A DNA stretch of 50,611 nucleotides from an uncultured Caulobacterales bacterium (lineage in GTDB: Bacteria; Pseudomonadota; Alphaproteobacteria; Caulobacterales; CAYPOX01). Both the position numbers and the translations under genes were made by a program. The stretch covers positions 1 to 50,611 of the forward strand of contig CAYPOX010000005.1 in the NCBI GenBank assembly GCA_964412525.1, given 5' to 3'. Below the pieces are notes generated by a model, which saw nothing but the letters and a program-made list of their open reading frames with translations, was not told the DNA's origin and searched no databases. This document shows, in pieces, positions 9,904 to 21,300 of the stretch. The first letter of the stretch is position 1; each line of letters begins with the position of its first letter.

Positions 9904-12351
9904 ATGAACGGGTTGCGGACGGGCGCGGCGGCGTCGGTGTTGGTTTTGGCGTGGACGGCGGGCGCGGCCGCTCAGGAACAATTGGACGACGGCCGGGTGG
10001 TGGTCGAGACGATCACCGTCACCACGCAAAAACGCGAACAATCGATCCAAGACGTTCCGATCAACGTCACGGCCTATGACGGCGATTTTCTCGACGACAT
10101 CGGCGTCGAAGAGTTCGAACAGCTCGGCGACTTTGTTCCCGGCTTCGAAGTGCAAGAGCAAAGCCCGAACAATCCGGGCTTCGTCATCCGCGGCATCACC
10201 TCGGACTCCGGCGACGCGACCATTGAACCGCGCGTGTCGATCTTTCTCGACGGCGTGTCCGCCAGCCGATCGCGGGGCTCCATCGTCAATTTGTTCGACG
10301 TGGAACGCGTCGAAGTTGTGAAAGGTCCCCAATCGACGCTGTTCGGGCGCGCCGCCTTGATCGGGGCCGTCAGCGTGGTGACCAATAAGGCTCAAGGGGA
10401 ATGGGCGGCGGAACTGCAAGGCGAAGTCTCGAACCTCAGCGGACATCGCGCGGAAGGCTTCGTCAACATTCCGATCGTGGGCGATCGCTTGGCGATCCGC
10501 GGCTCTTTCTACGTTCAGGAGCGCGACGGCTTCATCGACAATCGTTCGGTCGGCGAACGTGATCTGAACGGCGTGGACGTCGAGGCTTACCGCGTCTCGC
10601 TCCATGCGGAACCGCATGACCGCCTGTCGATCGACATCATCGGGAACTATCAAGTCGACACCCCGCCTGGCACCTCGTTCAAATCCGGAAGCTTGCCGCC
10701 TCCGGGCGGGACGACCGATCCGAACAGCTTCGCCACGCTTCAGACCTTCGACGATCCGAACGGCTTCGTGTTCGAAGGCGACGCCAATCTTGGTCTGGAC
10801 CGTGAATTGTGGAGCGTGACCTTCCTTGGAGAGTTGGAGATCAACGAGGCCTTCACCTTAAATTCGGTGATCGGCTATCGCGAATTCGATTCCTTGGAGA
10901 TCTTCGATCCGGACGGCTCGTCCTTGGAGGCGCTGTTGTTCGCCGAGGACGCGACCGGCGAGCAGTACAGCCAAGAACTTCGTCTCAGCTATGACAAAGG
11001 CGGCTTTTTCTCCGGCTTTATCGGCGGCAACTTCTTTTACGAAGACAACACCCAAAGGGTGCCGTCCTTGCTCGACGAACGGGCGATCCAGGCCTTCCTG
11101 CCGCTGATCGCGCCGGCGGCTTTCGGCACGCTTCCACAGCAATTGGCGTTCGGCCAAACGCCGCCAAGCGCGGACAGCTTGATCGGGCAAAATCTGCTGG
11201 CGATTCCGGCGGTTCTTGAACAACTCATTTTGGGCGGAGCCCTGCCGCCAACGGCGAACCCGGCGGATCCCGCGGTCTTCGCGGCGCTTCTTCCGTTCCT
11301 GCCGACGCTGAAGCCGGTGCATGCGGAAGAATTCACCAATGACGCGGAAACGACCTCCCAGAGCGTGTTCGCCGACATCACCCTGCGCCCGCTCGACCGA
11401 TTGGAGTTGATCGCCGGGGCGCGATGGGTGCGTGACGACAAGACATCGGGCCTCACGCAGACGCTTCAGAACGGCCCGAGCGCGCTGACGGGCGCAGGAT
11501 TGTTGATCCCGGGCACGGCGGGGCGGATTTCCGTCAGCGACGAGTTCGACGGCTTCGCATGGCGCTTCGCAGCCCGCTACGAGTTGAACGACGATCTCGA
11601 TCTTTACTTCAACTATGGCCGCGGACGGCGTCCGGAAGTCTTGGCGGCGAACAATGGCGGCGTGGTCACTGGCTTTGTCCCCGCCGGCTTTGACTTCATC
11701 GACGCGGAGACCGTCGACAGCTTTGAAGGCGGTCTGAAATCAACCTGGCTGCAAGGACGGCTGCGCATTGAAGGCTCGGCGTTCTATTACGATTACGACA
11801 ACTTCCAGACGGACCTCCAGGATCCGGACACAGGCAACATCCAAGTGGTGAACGCCGGCGGCGCATCCTCCTATGGCGTGGAGACGCTGATTACGGCCCA
11901 GCCGATCGACAAACTCCGTCTGTTCGCGACCTATGGTTACAATCGTTCGCGGTTTGACGACGAAGACTCCGACGGCAATCCGCAACGCTTCGCGGACAAC
12001 CAGTTCCGCCTGTCGCCGGATCACGCTCTGTCGCTGGGCGCCCTGTTCCGTCAGGAATTCGCGCGCAAGTGCTTCGCGTTGGAGTTCTTGCCGACCTATG
12101 TCTGGCAATCGGAAGTGTTCTTCGAAGACACCAACGATCCCCGCTTCCGCGAAAGCTCCTATGGCGTGTTGGATTTCCGCCTTCGTTTGATGGATTTGCA
12201 AGATCGTTTCGAATTGGAGCTTTTCGTCGACAACGCTCTCGATCGCGAATTCATCATCGACGCGGGCAACACCGGCCAGTTTTTCGGTACGCCGACCTTC
12301 ATCGCCGGCCCGCCGCGCTTCTTCGGCGCGTCGGTGACGGTGCGTTACTAA
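9904..12351 (+). CDS. TonB-dependent receptor
   Basis: Signal peptide, TonB box ETITVT, QKREQSIQDVPI, VERVEVVKGPQSTLFGR, aromatic C-terminus (VRY). Confidence 0.93.
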   Translation: MNGLRTGAAASVLVLAWTAGAAAQEQLDDGRVVVETITVTTQKREQSIQDVPINVTAYDGDFLDDIGVEEFEQLGDFVPGFEVQEQSPNNPGFVIRGITSDSGDATIEPRVSIFLDGVSASRSRGSIVNLFDVERVEVVKGPQSTLFGRAALIGAVSVVTNKAQGEWAAELQGEVSNLSGHRAEGFVNIPIVGDRLAIRGSFYVQERDGFIDNRSVGERDLNGVDVEAYRVSLHAEPHDRLSIDIIGNYQVDTPPGTSFKSGSLPPPGGTTDPNSFATLQTFDDPNGFVFEGDANLGLDRELWSVTFLGELEINEAFTLNSVIGYREFDSLEIFDPDGSSLEALLFAEDATGEQYSQELRLSYDKGGFFSGFIGGNFFYEDNTQRVPSLLDERAIQAFLPLIAPAAFGTLPQQLAFGQTPPSADSLIGQNLLAIPAVLEQLILGGALPPTANPADPAVFAALLPFLPTLKPVHAEEFTNDAETTSQSVFADITLRPLDRLELIAGARWVRDDKTSGLTQTLQNGPSALTGAGLLIPGTAGRISVSDEFDGFAWRFAARYELNDDLDLYFNYGRGRRPEVLAANNGGVVTGFVPAGFDFIDAETVDSFEGGLKSTWLQGRLRIEGSAFYYDYDNFQTDLQDPDTGNIQVVNAGGASSYGVETLITAQPIDKLRLFATYGYNRSRFDDEDSDGNPQRFADNQFRLSPDHALSLGALFRQEFARKCFALEFLPTYVWQSEVFFEDTNDPRFRESSYGVLDFRLRLMDLQDRFELELFVDNALDREFIIDAGNTGQFFGTPTFIAGPPRFFGASVTVRY

Positions 12352-12357
12352 GGCGAA

Positions 12358-12390
12358 GCGCGGGGCGGCGGCGCAAGCCGACCGCCTGCG
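12358..12390. terminator. GC-rich hairpin with GCAA tetraloop between convergent genes
   Basis: GGCGG-CGGC-GCAA-GCCG-A-CCGCC stem; no strong U-tract. Confidence 0.4.
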
Positions 12391-12391
12391 T

Positions 12392-15300
12392 TCAAATGAA
12401 GTCGGCGGCCGTGACGAACGCCGGATTGAGCGGAGCGCCCGCGCCGTCAACGACATAAAGGACGATCGCCGTATCAGTCCCGACGTCGAAGCCGCCGCTG
12501 GCGTCGACGTCGATCGCCAGGTAATAGGCAGCGTCGTTGGGCGGGCCGCCAACAACGTTGCCGATGTCGTCATCATAATAGACCTCGACGTCGACACCGC
12601 CTTCAAAGGTCGCAATGCCAACGAAATCCGGCACGCCGGCCATCGCGCTGATATTGAGGATTGGGTTCGCGCCGAACGTCTCGGCCACAAACAAGAACTC
12701 CAAACTATCGTCCACGGCCGTGAAGTCCATAATAACATCGGCCGCGGCGGCGAGAGAGTCCGTGTTCGTTTCGAAAGAAAACGTATCTGCGCCCGCGCCG
12801 CCGGTCAGCGTGTCTGAAGACGCAACATCCGACCCTGGCTTCAGGATGTCGTCGCCGCCGCCGCCGTCCAAAGTGTCGGCGCCGTCTCGTCCCTCGACGG
12901 TGTTGTTCGTAGCGATCGCGCCGCCGACGAACTGGTCGTCGCCGGAGCCGAAAATGACGTTCTCAAAAGAAATCACAACGCCGCCGCTCGGCCCGCCTTC
13001 AAGGTCGGCGCTGGTGAGCGACGCCAAGCTAAAGTCATAAATGTCGTTTGACGTCGAGGCGGACAGATCAAGCAGATCCTGAAGGCTTGCTCCGCCTTGA
13101 AGCCCGTTTTCGGCGACCCCGTCCGCGACGAGGATCAACGTGTCCGGCCCGCCGGGCCCGGTGTCCACCGTATCGGATCCGGCCCCATCGGTGATCACGT
13201 TGGCGTTGGCGTCGCCGGTGATCGTATCGACAAAGGCCGAGCCGATGACATTTTCGAAACCCTGTATCGCCTTGCCCGCGCCGTTACCGAGGCCGCCGTC
13301 CTTACCGCCGATCCCGAGAACCACCCCCGCGAAGCCTTGCTGCGAGAGATCCACGTCGATATCGCTGGTGGCATTGGACAGATCGAGCGTGTCCGTTCCC
13401 GCGCCGCCAAAGAGTTGCGTGTCCGTCACGGCGTCCACCGATAGGACCACCGTGTCGTCGCCGCCGTCGGCGTCGATCGTGTCCGCCCCGCCGCCATCGG
13501 TGATGACATTGTCGCTGGCGTCGCCGGTCAAAGTGTCGGCTAAAAGCGAGCCGATGACATTCTCGAAATTGAAGAAATTGGCCGTTTCACCGGCGATCGT
13601 GTTGGAAGCCATGGACAAATCGAACGTCGCGCCCACGCTGAGTGTGCTCAGATCCACCGTGTCCACATCGCCGAGCGCGTCGAAAGTCCCGCCGTCAAAG
13701 GTCGCGTTCGCAATCTCTGCATTGACATCGAAGGTGTCGGCCCCCGCCGTCCCCATAAACAAGGGCCCGGAGGCGAATGTGATGTCGCTGAACTCCGGTT
13801 GAGCTGCGCGAAAAATGACGACCAAGTCGGCCCCATCGACCTGACCAGGCGTGCCGCCCACCGGATCGTCGACGAACAATCTGAAATCCCCGCCGCCCAG
13901 ATCATCGCGGATGACGATGAAGCCGTCGCCGCCTGTGTCGGTCACCGCATCTGTCAGCACCAATTGGGCAAGCCCGCTTGGGTCCGTGTCGAAGGCGCCG
14001 TCGCTCACCGTCAGATTGGTGATGTCGGCCAAATCGATAATGTCGAAGCCGAGCGCGCCCGGCTCGAAGTTGAAGACCTCGTCTGGCGCGAAGAAGGTCG
14101 AATCCGAAAAGGCGAGATAGTCGAAGACCACGGCCGTGCCGGCTTGACCTGTCAGCATATCGGCGCCGCCGCCGCCTTGCAGGGCGGACGTGAACCCCGT
14201 GGCGGCCGTCAGCATATTGGCGCTGGGGCCGCCGAGCGCGAATTCGAATCCCGGCGTGGAGAGGCCCGCCGAATTGGTTCCCGCGGCGAGATCGATGTCG
14301 AAATCGCCGGATAGGGTGTCCGTCCCGCCCGGCCCGCCATTGACGACTTCGAAATTGACCAAGGTGTTGGTGTCGGAGCGGGTCACCCCGGCGTCCACGA
14401 TGGCGTAGGCTCCGCTCGCAAGGTCGAAGCTGACAATGTCGACGCCTGCGGCCAGGAGGGACGTATCCACCGTGTCCGTCCCGCCCTTGGCGTCGAAGGT
14501 CTCGCCCGTGTCCGCCGAGCTGTTGCCTTGCACCTTCAACGTGTCGTTGCCCGCGCCCGCGCCAAACAGCGTCGAACCGCCGTCGTCCAAATCCGTTTGG
14601 ATGACGCTGACGCCGATCGTCACGCCGTCATAGGCGGCGCTTCCATCTAAACCCAGACCGGTTCCCGTGAATTCGATCACGAGGTCGTTCGCGTCGAGAT
14701 TGTCGTCGCCGTTCGCATCCAGGAACAGGCGGGAATCGCCGCCGGACTCTTCAATCACCACGACGTCGCCAGCGAAAAAGCCCGGGGTCGCAGCGTTCGT
14801 GAACAGGCCAGGCGTATCCACCCGTGCGGAACCGGTGAACGGACCGAAGGCGGAAACGTCGATTTTGTCGCCGTCGCCAAGGGTGAAATCCGTGATGTCG
14901 TCGATATCGCCCAGCGCGCTCTCCGACGCCAAGTCATATGTGAATGTGTCCGCGCCGTTTTCGCCGGTCAGGGCGTCGCTCCCACCGCCGCCTTCGAGGA
15001 CGTTGGCGTTCGCGTCGCCTGTCAGCGTGTCGTTGCCCGCACCGCCGATGACGCCTCCGAACGAATTGACGCTGGCGTCGATGAAGAGATCGCGGAACGT
15101 GCCCGTCACCGTCAGGAGATCCCCCGTCGTCAATGAGAGATTGACCGTGACGACGTCCCCCGAGGGTGCGGTGCTGTAATCGAGCGTGTCCGCGGCGTCC
15201 GTGCCCGTCACCGCCTCGAAGTCAACGAAAGCATCACTGCCGCCGCTTGTACTATTCGCGATGAAGGTGCTGCTCGACACCACGTTGATGGTTACGTTGC

Positions 15301-18300
15301 CGAGACCGGCATTACTCACATCGCCCGTGTCCGTGCCACCAGCACCATCAAAGAAGTCGTTGGCACCATCGGCGATCAAAGTAATCGTATCATTACCGGC
15401 CGTGCCGGTGAGAATGTCCGCAGCCACCGTATCGGCGAAAGGCGTCGGCGCCGTCTGCTCCTCAAACGCGCCGAGGTCGACGCCGGCGCCGAAGATACGG
15501 GGCTGGCCCGCGCCGCGCGCGTCGAATGCCAAGTCGCCGATCTGCGTCAGCGTGTCGGTCGTGCCGCCATTGTCGTCGAGGTCGACCTCGAAAAACGCCT
15601 CGTCGAGAAAGACCGCGAGCGTCTTGTCGCCCGCATCTTGCGCGTCGCCGCCATTGGCGATGGCGATGGATTTCAGCGTGACGGCCTCGCCCGGCAGGCC
15701 CGCGGCCGCCACGCCGGAATTGTCGGCCAATTCGCCCGTGCTCGCGACGAGACCGTTATTGACGAGATTGTCGAAGATCAGCGCCGCCGTCGGTTGTTCG
15801 GAAAGACTCGGCAGCGCGAGGCCGGTTTGCGTGGTGACGTTGTCGCCCGCGAAGGAAATCGGCCCCGCGGGATCGATGTCGTCGAACGCGGAGGTCGCGA
15901 CATTGGTGGCGATGATCGAGTTTCCGATCGTCGTCGCTGCGGCGCCGGTGGGCACATAAATCCCGCCGCCCGTGGCGAAGGTTCCGCTTACGCTGTTGCC
16001 GCTGATCGTGACGTTGATCAGCTCGGCTGTCCCTTCTTGGTACAATCCGCCGCCATCGGCGTTCAGGCCCGTCGCGGCGTTGCCGGTGATCGTGGTGTTG
16101 ACGGCGTAAAGCGCGCCTTCGTTCGAGATCCCCCCGCCATCCGCATTGTCGTCATTGGTGGCGTTGCCGTCGATCAGCGAGGACACGATCCGCATCGTCG
16201 CGCCGGTTTGGTTGCGCAGGCCGCCGCCATCCGCACCGTTCAACGCGGTCGCATTGTTGACGATTTCGACTTCCGCCAGTCCCAGCACGCCGGCGTTGTT
16301 GACGCCGCCGCCCTTAGAGTAGCTGCCGAGCGTGTCGTTGCCCTCGACCCGCGTGCGGAAAAGGACCGCCGTCGCGCCGGCTTCATTGAAAAGGCCGCCG
16401 CCGCCGGAACCGAACGCGCCCGTCGTGGCGTTGTCCGAAAGCTCGCTGGCGTAGGTCGACAAATCGCCCTGATTGAAGATTCCGCCGCCCAACGCATTGT
16501 CGCCGCCCGTGGCGTTGCCGGCGATCACGCTGTACAGCAAGTCGACCTGCGTCCCCGCGCCGATCGCGAGGCCGCCGCCGCTGTCGTTGTTGGCCTGAGT
16601 GCCCCCGCCGGTTATGGCGAGGCCGCTCAGCGTCACCACCGGCGCGCCGTTGACGGCCAGCACGCGGACATTGTCCCCCGGATTGCCGTTCGCCGCCGCA
16701 TCCGTGAATTGCGCCTCGCTCAACAGCGTTCCGCCGTCTTCGGCGAGCTTCGTGTCGTCGCCGTTCACGTCTCCGGAAAGGATCACGTCAGGGATGTCGT
16801 CGCCGTCCGTATCCCCGTCGATGCTCAGGTTTTGGGTGATGTCGAGCTGCGTTCCTTGGGTGAGGCGGATCACCGTGCCGGGTCCGCCGCCCGGAAAGAC
16901 CCCATTGTCGAAGGTGATGACTTGCGCGTCCGCATTGTCGTTCGCCCAGGCGATCGCCTCGCGTAGCGACAAGCCGCCGCCGTCGGCGGCATCCGCCGCG
17001 AATGTCGTTTGGTCTTTGATTTCGTCGGCGATAGTGTCGACCACGATGGAAAACGGCACGCCGGCTCCCGCCTCAAACGCGCCGACGTCGACGCCGGCCC
17101 CGTCGTCGCGTGGAAAGCCAGCGCCGCGGGCGTCGACGGTCAGATCCGCGACCGTGTTGAAAATGTCGAGCGTATCGCCGTCATTGTTGAAATCGACGCC
17201 GAGGATCGTTTCGTTCAAGGGCGCTGGAAACGCGACCGCGCCGGAAGCTTGGTTGACGCCGACATCGCCCGCATCAATGGCCACGGTCTCCAAGGCGCCG
17301 CCATTGTTCGCCAACTCGCCGCCGGTCGTTCCCGACGTCGCAAACAGTTCCGTGTTTGAGAAGATATTGTTGAGGTTGGCTTCAAAAATCTCCGTCCCGG
17401 CGCCGATCCCAGCCTGATCGAAGACGTTTTTGCCTGCAAAGGTCGCGACACCTCCAAAGACCGCCGGGCCGGCCCCGCCGGCCGTATTGCCCGCGACGAT
17501 GGAGTTCGCGATCTCAAAGACGTTGCCGGACGCATTGATCCCGCCACCCGAATTGGTTGCGGCGTCGTTGCCTGTGATCGTGCTGTTGATGATGTAGACA
17601 GATTCGGTCCCGCCCGGATCGTCATAGACCCAAATGCCGCCGCCATCGATATTGGCGTAATTGCCGGCGAAGGTGGAGTTCACCACCGTGTGCGTGCCGA
17701 TGCTGAAGGTGATGGCGCCGCCCCGACCCACGGTGCTGTTCTCCTCGAACAGGGAGTTGACGATCGTCGTCGTGCCGCGCAGTTCCGCGACGCCGCCGTT
17801 GAAACTTGATGTGTTGTCGGCGAAGCGGCTGTTGGCGATCGTGATGACGTCGGTGTTGCGGCTCCCTAGCGCGCTGCCAAGAGCGCCATTGTTGTTGGTC
17901 AGTTCGCTGTTGGTCAGGCGCAAGGTTGACGCGGCGTCGGTGTTGATCGCCGAAATCCCAGATATGGTGTTCGTAATTGAAGCCGACTCGATCGCCACGT
18001 CGGCGCCGCCAGTGACGCGGATTGCGCCGCCGCCGCCATCCGATTGGTTGTTGCTAAACGTCGCGCCGGAAATCGCGGCGGACCCATTCGCGACATAGAT
18101 CGCGCCGCCTTGGCCGCCGAGAGCCGTCGCCTTATTCGAATCGAACAGGCCGCCTGTGATGGCGAGCGCGCCGGTCGAGGTGAACGCGATCGCCCCGCCT
18201 TCGCCGGTCGAACCCGTATAGTGATTGGTGAAATCGGTGTTCGTCAGCGTGACGGCCGCCGCATCTTCGGCGAAAATTCCGCCTCCCGGCCCTCCCTTGG

Positions 18301-21300
18301 CGTCATTGTTGTCGAAGGTTGAGTTCACGGCCACAATTGTGGCGTTGTCGCGCGCATGAATCGCGCCGCCCTTAGACGCTGAGTAGCCGTTTGAGATTTG
18401 GCTGTCGTTCAGCGTCAATGCGGACGAATCTTTGAGATAAATCGCGCCGCCATCAATGCCTGCGGTTGCGCCTGTGATTGTCGTGTCGTTCAGGATGATG
18501 ACGGACGCGCCCTGCGCATCGATCAACCCGCCGCGATTGGCGTTGCTGGTGGTGAAGGACGTGTTCGCGATGTTGAAGGTCGCGTTCTTGCTGTAGATGG
18601 CGCCGCCGCTCAACGCCGACGTGTCCAGCACCGCGAGATAGGACACGTTCACCGTATAGGCGCCGTTCACGTCGAACACTTGGTGCGCGCCCGCGCCGTC
18701 GATGGTGACATTGTCGTTCACCAAATCGCCGTCGGAATCGCCGTCGATCGTCACGTCGTCAGTGACGCCTGGGAGGTCGGAGGCGAGGGTGATCGTCGCC
18801 CCGCCGCCGAACACGGCGTTGTCGAAGGTGATGGTGTTCAAGCCCGGCGCAACGTTGGCGTCGAGGATGGCTTGGCGCAGGCTGCCGGCGCCGGCGTCAT
18901 TGGTGTTGGTGACCACCAAGACTGAGGCCACGTCGGTCAAACCGAAATCCGTGGCGTCGAGACCAACCGGCGCGGTGAATTTGATGACGTCGTCGGCGCC
19001 GGCCTCGTAATCGCCGCTGTTGTTGAAATCAAAGAAGACGAGGGCGTCGCCGCCGGAGGTCTCGATCACCACGCCGCCGGTCACGTCGCCGCCCGGCGAG
19101 GCTGAGAAGAAGCCCGGATCGTTCAGCGCCGTGTTGGTGAAGGCGCCGACCGGCACTTCGTCGGCCAATGAACCGAGAAGGGATAGCGCTGTAACGTCGA
19201 TCGTGTCGCCGGCGCCGTCGTCGAAATCGGTGACGTTGTCGATGGACCCGTTAAGCGAATCGGCGTGGGCGAATTTGAAGACGTCCGCACCGCCTGCGCC
19301 CGTCAGCGTATCGGCGCCGGTCCCGCCGATCAGCGTGTCGGCGCCGCCGCCGCCGTTCAGGGTGTCGATTCCGGCAAGGCCGCTCAACGTGTTGGGATTG
19401 AGATCGCCGGTGAGCGAATTGGCGCCGGCCCCGCCGGTGAGATCGTCCACCGCGTTGAACGACACGCTCGCGCCGAAGATCGAACCCGAACCACCGGCGA
19501 GCGTAATGTTATCGTCCGCCTGAATAGCGGCCTGATCGCCCGGTTCGAAGTTGATCAGGGTGAAGTTTTGGAACGTATCCGGCCCGCTGCCGTCAGAACT
19601 GGAAAGCGTGAATTGCGTCGGTGAGGCGAAAAACGCCGTACGCAACACGCCGCCCGGCGAGTTTGTGGCCGCGTCTAAGCTGTCGCCGGAGTCGACCCCG
19701 TCAAAGGTCTCGGCGAACAGGTCAAATTGCGCCGTGATCGTGCTGACCTGGCCCGGAATGTCGCTCAAAGCGCCGTCATCGCCGGCCGTGTCCGCGAAAG
19801 GCGGCGGGGCCGCCGTCTGCTCCTCAAACCCGCCGAGGTCGATTTGCCCGTCGAAGATGCGGGGGAAACCGGCGCCCCGCACATCGAACAGCAAGTCATT
19901 CACCGTGGCGAACACCGTCGTCGTGGCGCCGTCATTGTCCAAATCGACGCCCAGCGCGTTCTCATCCAGGGCGACGGGAACGGCGCCGTCGCCTGCATTT
20001 TGCGCCAATCCGCCATTCAGAATCGCGACCGTGTCGATGAACGGAATGATGAAACCGCCATTGGGCGCCAGCGCGCCGCCGGTCACGCCGTTCGGATAGG
20101 TCTTGGTGGCGTCGTCGAAGATGGAGGCCGGCGACGCGCCAAAGGTCACGTTCGGCGTCGGCGGGCCCCCTTGCTCAACCAAATTGTCCCCAAGCCAAGT
20201 CACATTCGCCGCGCCGTCAAAGACGTCGGCGAACATGGCCGCGTCGTTCCCGGCGACGATCGAATTGCCCACATCCACGGTGAACACGCCGAGGGTGTCG
20301 ACGAAAACCCCGCCGCCGTCCGAAACCGCTTTGTTGCCGGTGACGGTGCTGTTGATCAGGTCAGCGTTGCCGTCCGTCCAAAACCCCCCGCCCGCGACGG
20401 CCGCCGCGCTTCCCACCAATTGCGCGTTGACGAGGGTCGCCTGGCCGCCGCTATTGTAGAGGCCGCCGCCGGAGAGCGTGGTCGCCGTGTTGTCGTAGAG
20501 GATCGTGTTGACGGCGGTCAGAAGCGCGGATCCGCCAGAATTGCCGATCCCGCCGCCGCTTACGCCCGCGGTGTTTCCTTGGAACTCCGATTGGGAGATC
20601 GTCAGAACGCCTTCATTCAACACGCCGCCGCCATAGGAAGCGGCGTCATTGGTGGCGAAGACGGAGTCCACGAGGCGAAGCGTTCCCAAGCCCGCATTGA
20701 ATGCGCCGCCGCCGTCGGTTCCCGCCGTGTTCAATAGGAATGTCGAGGCTCCGGTGACGGTCGTGTCGCCGCTATTGTAGACGCCGCCGCCCTTGCCGGT
20801 CGTCGCGTCGTTTGACGAAATCGTGACGCCGGCCACATCCAAGGTTCCGGAAACGCTGTTGAAGATCCCGCCGCCGTCCTGGGTGGCGACATTGTTTTGG
20901 ATTGCGCCGCCCGTGATCGTCGCGACGTCGTCCAAATAGACGCCGCCGCCATACTTCGCTTGGTTGCCGTCCAAGGTGACTTTGGTGAGATTGATGGGCT
21001 GCAGGCTGTGAACCGCCCCCCCACTGGCGACGGCGTCGTTGGTCTTAAAGGTCGTGTTCTGGATGTCGGCGACGGCTGTGTTGGCGTTGGTGATCGCGCC
21101 GCCACTCACGGATGCGCTGTTGTTCTGGAAGTACGAATTGGTGACGACCAACTTGTTTTGAAAGCTGTAAACCGCGCCTGCGGTTGTGGCGCTGTTGTTC
21201 AGGAAATCACTGTTGTCGATCGTGAGGTCGCCGGAATTGAGGATCGCGCCACCCCCGAGACCCGCGGCCGTGTTGGCGTCAAAGGTGCTGTTCGTGATGA

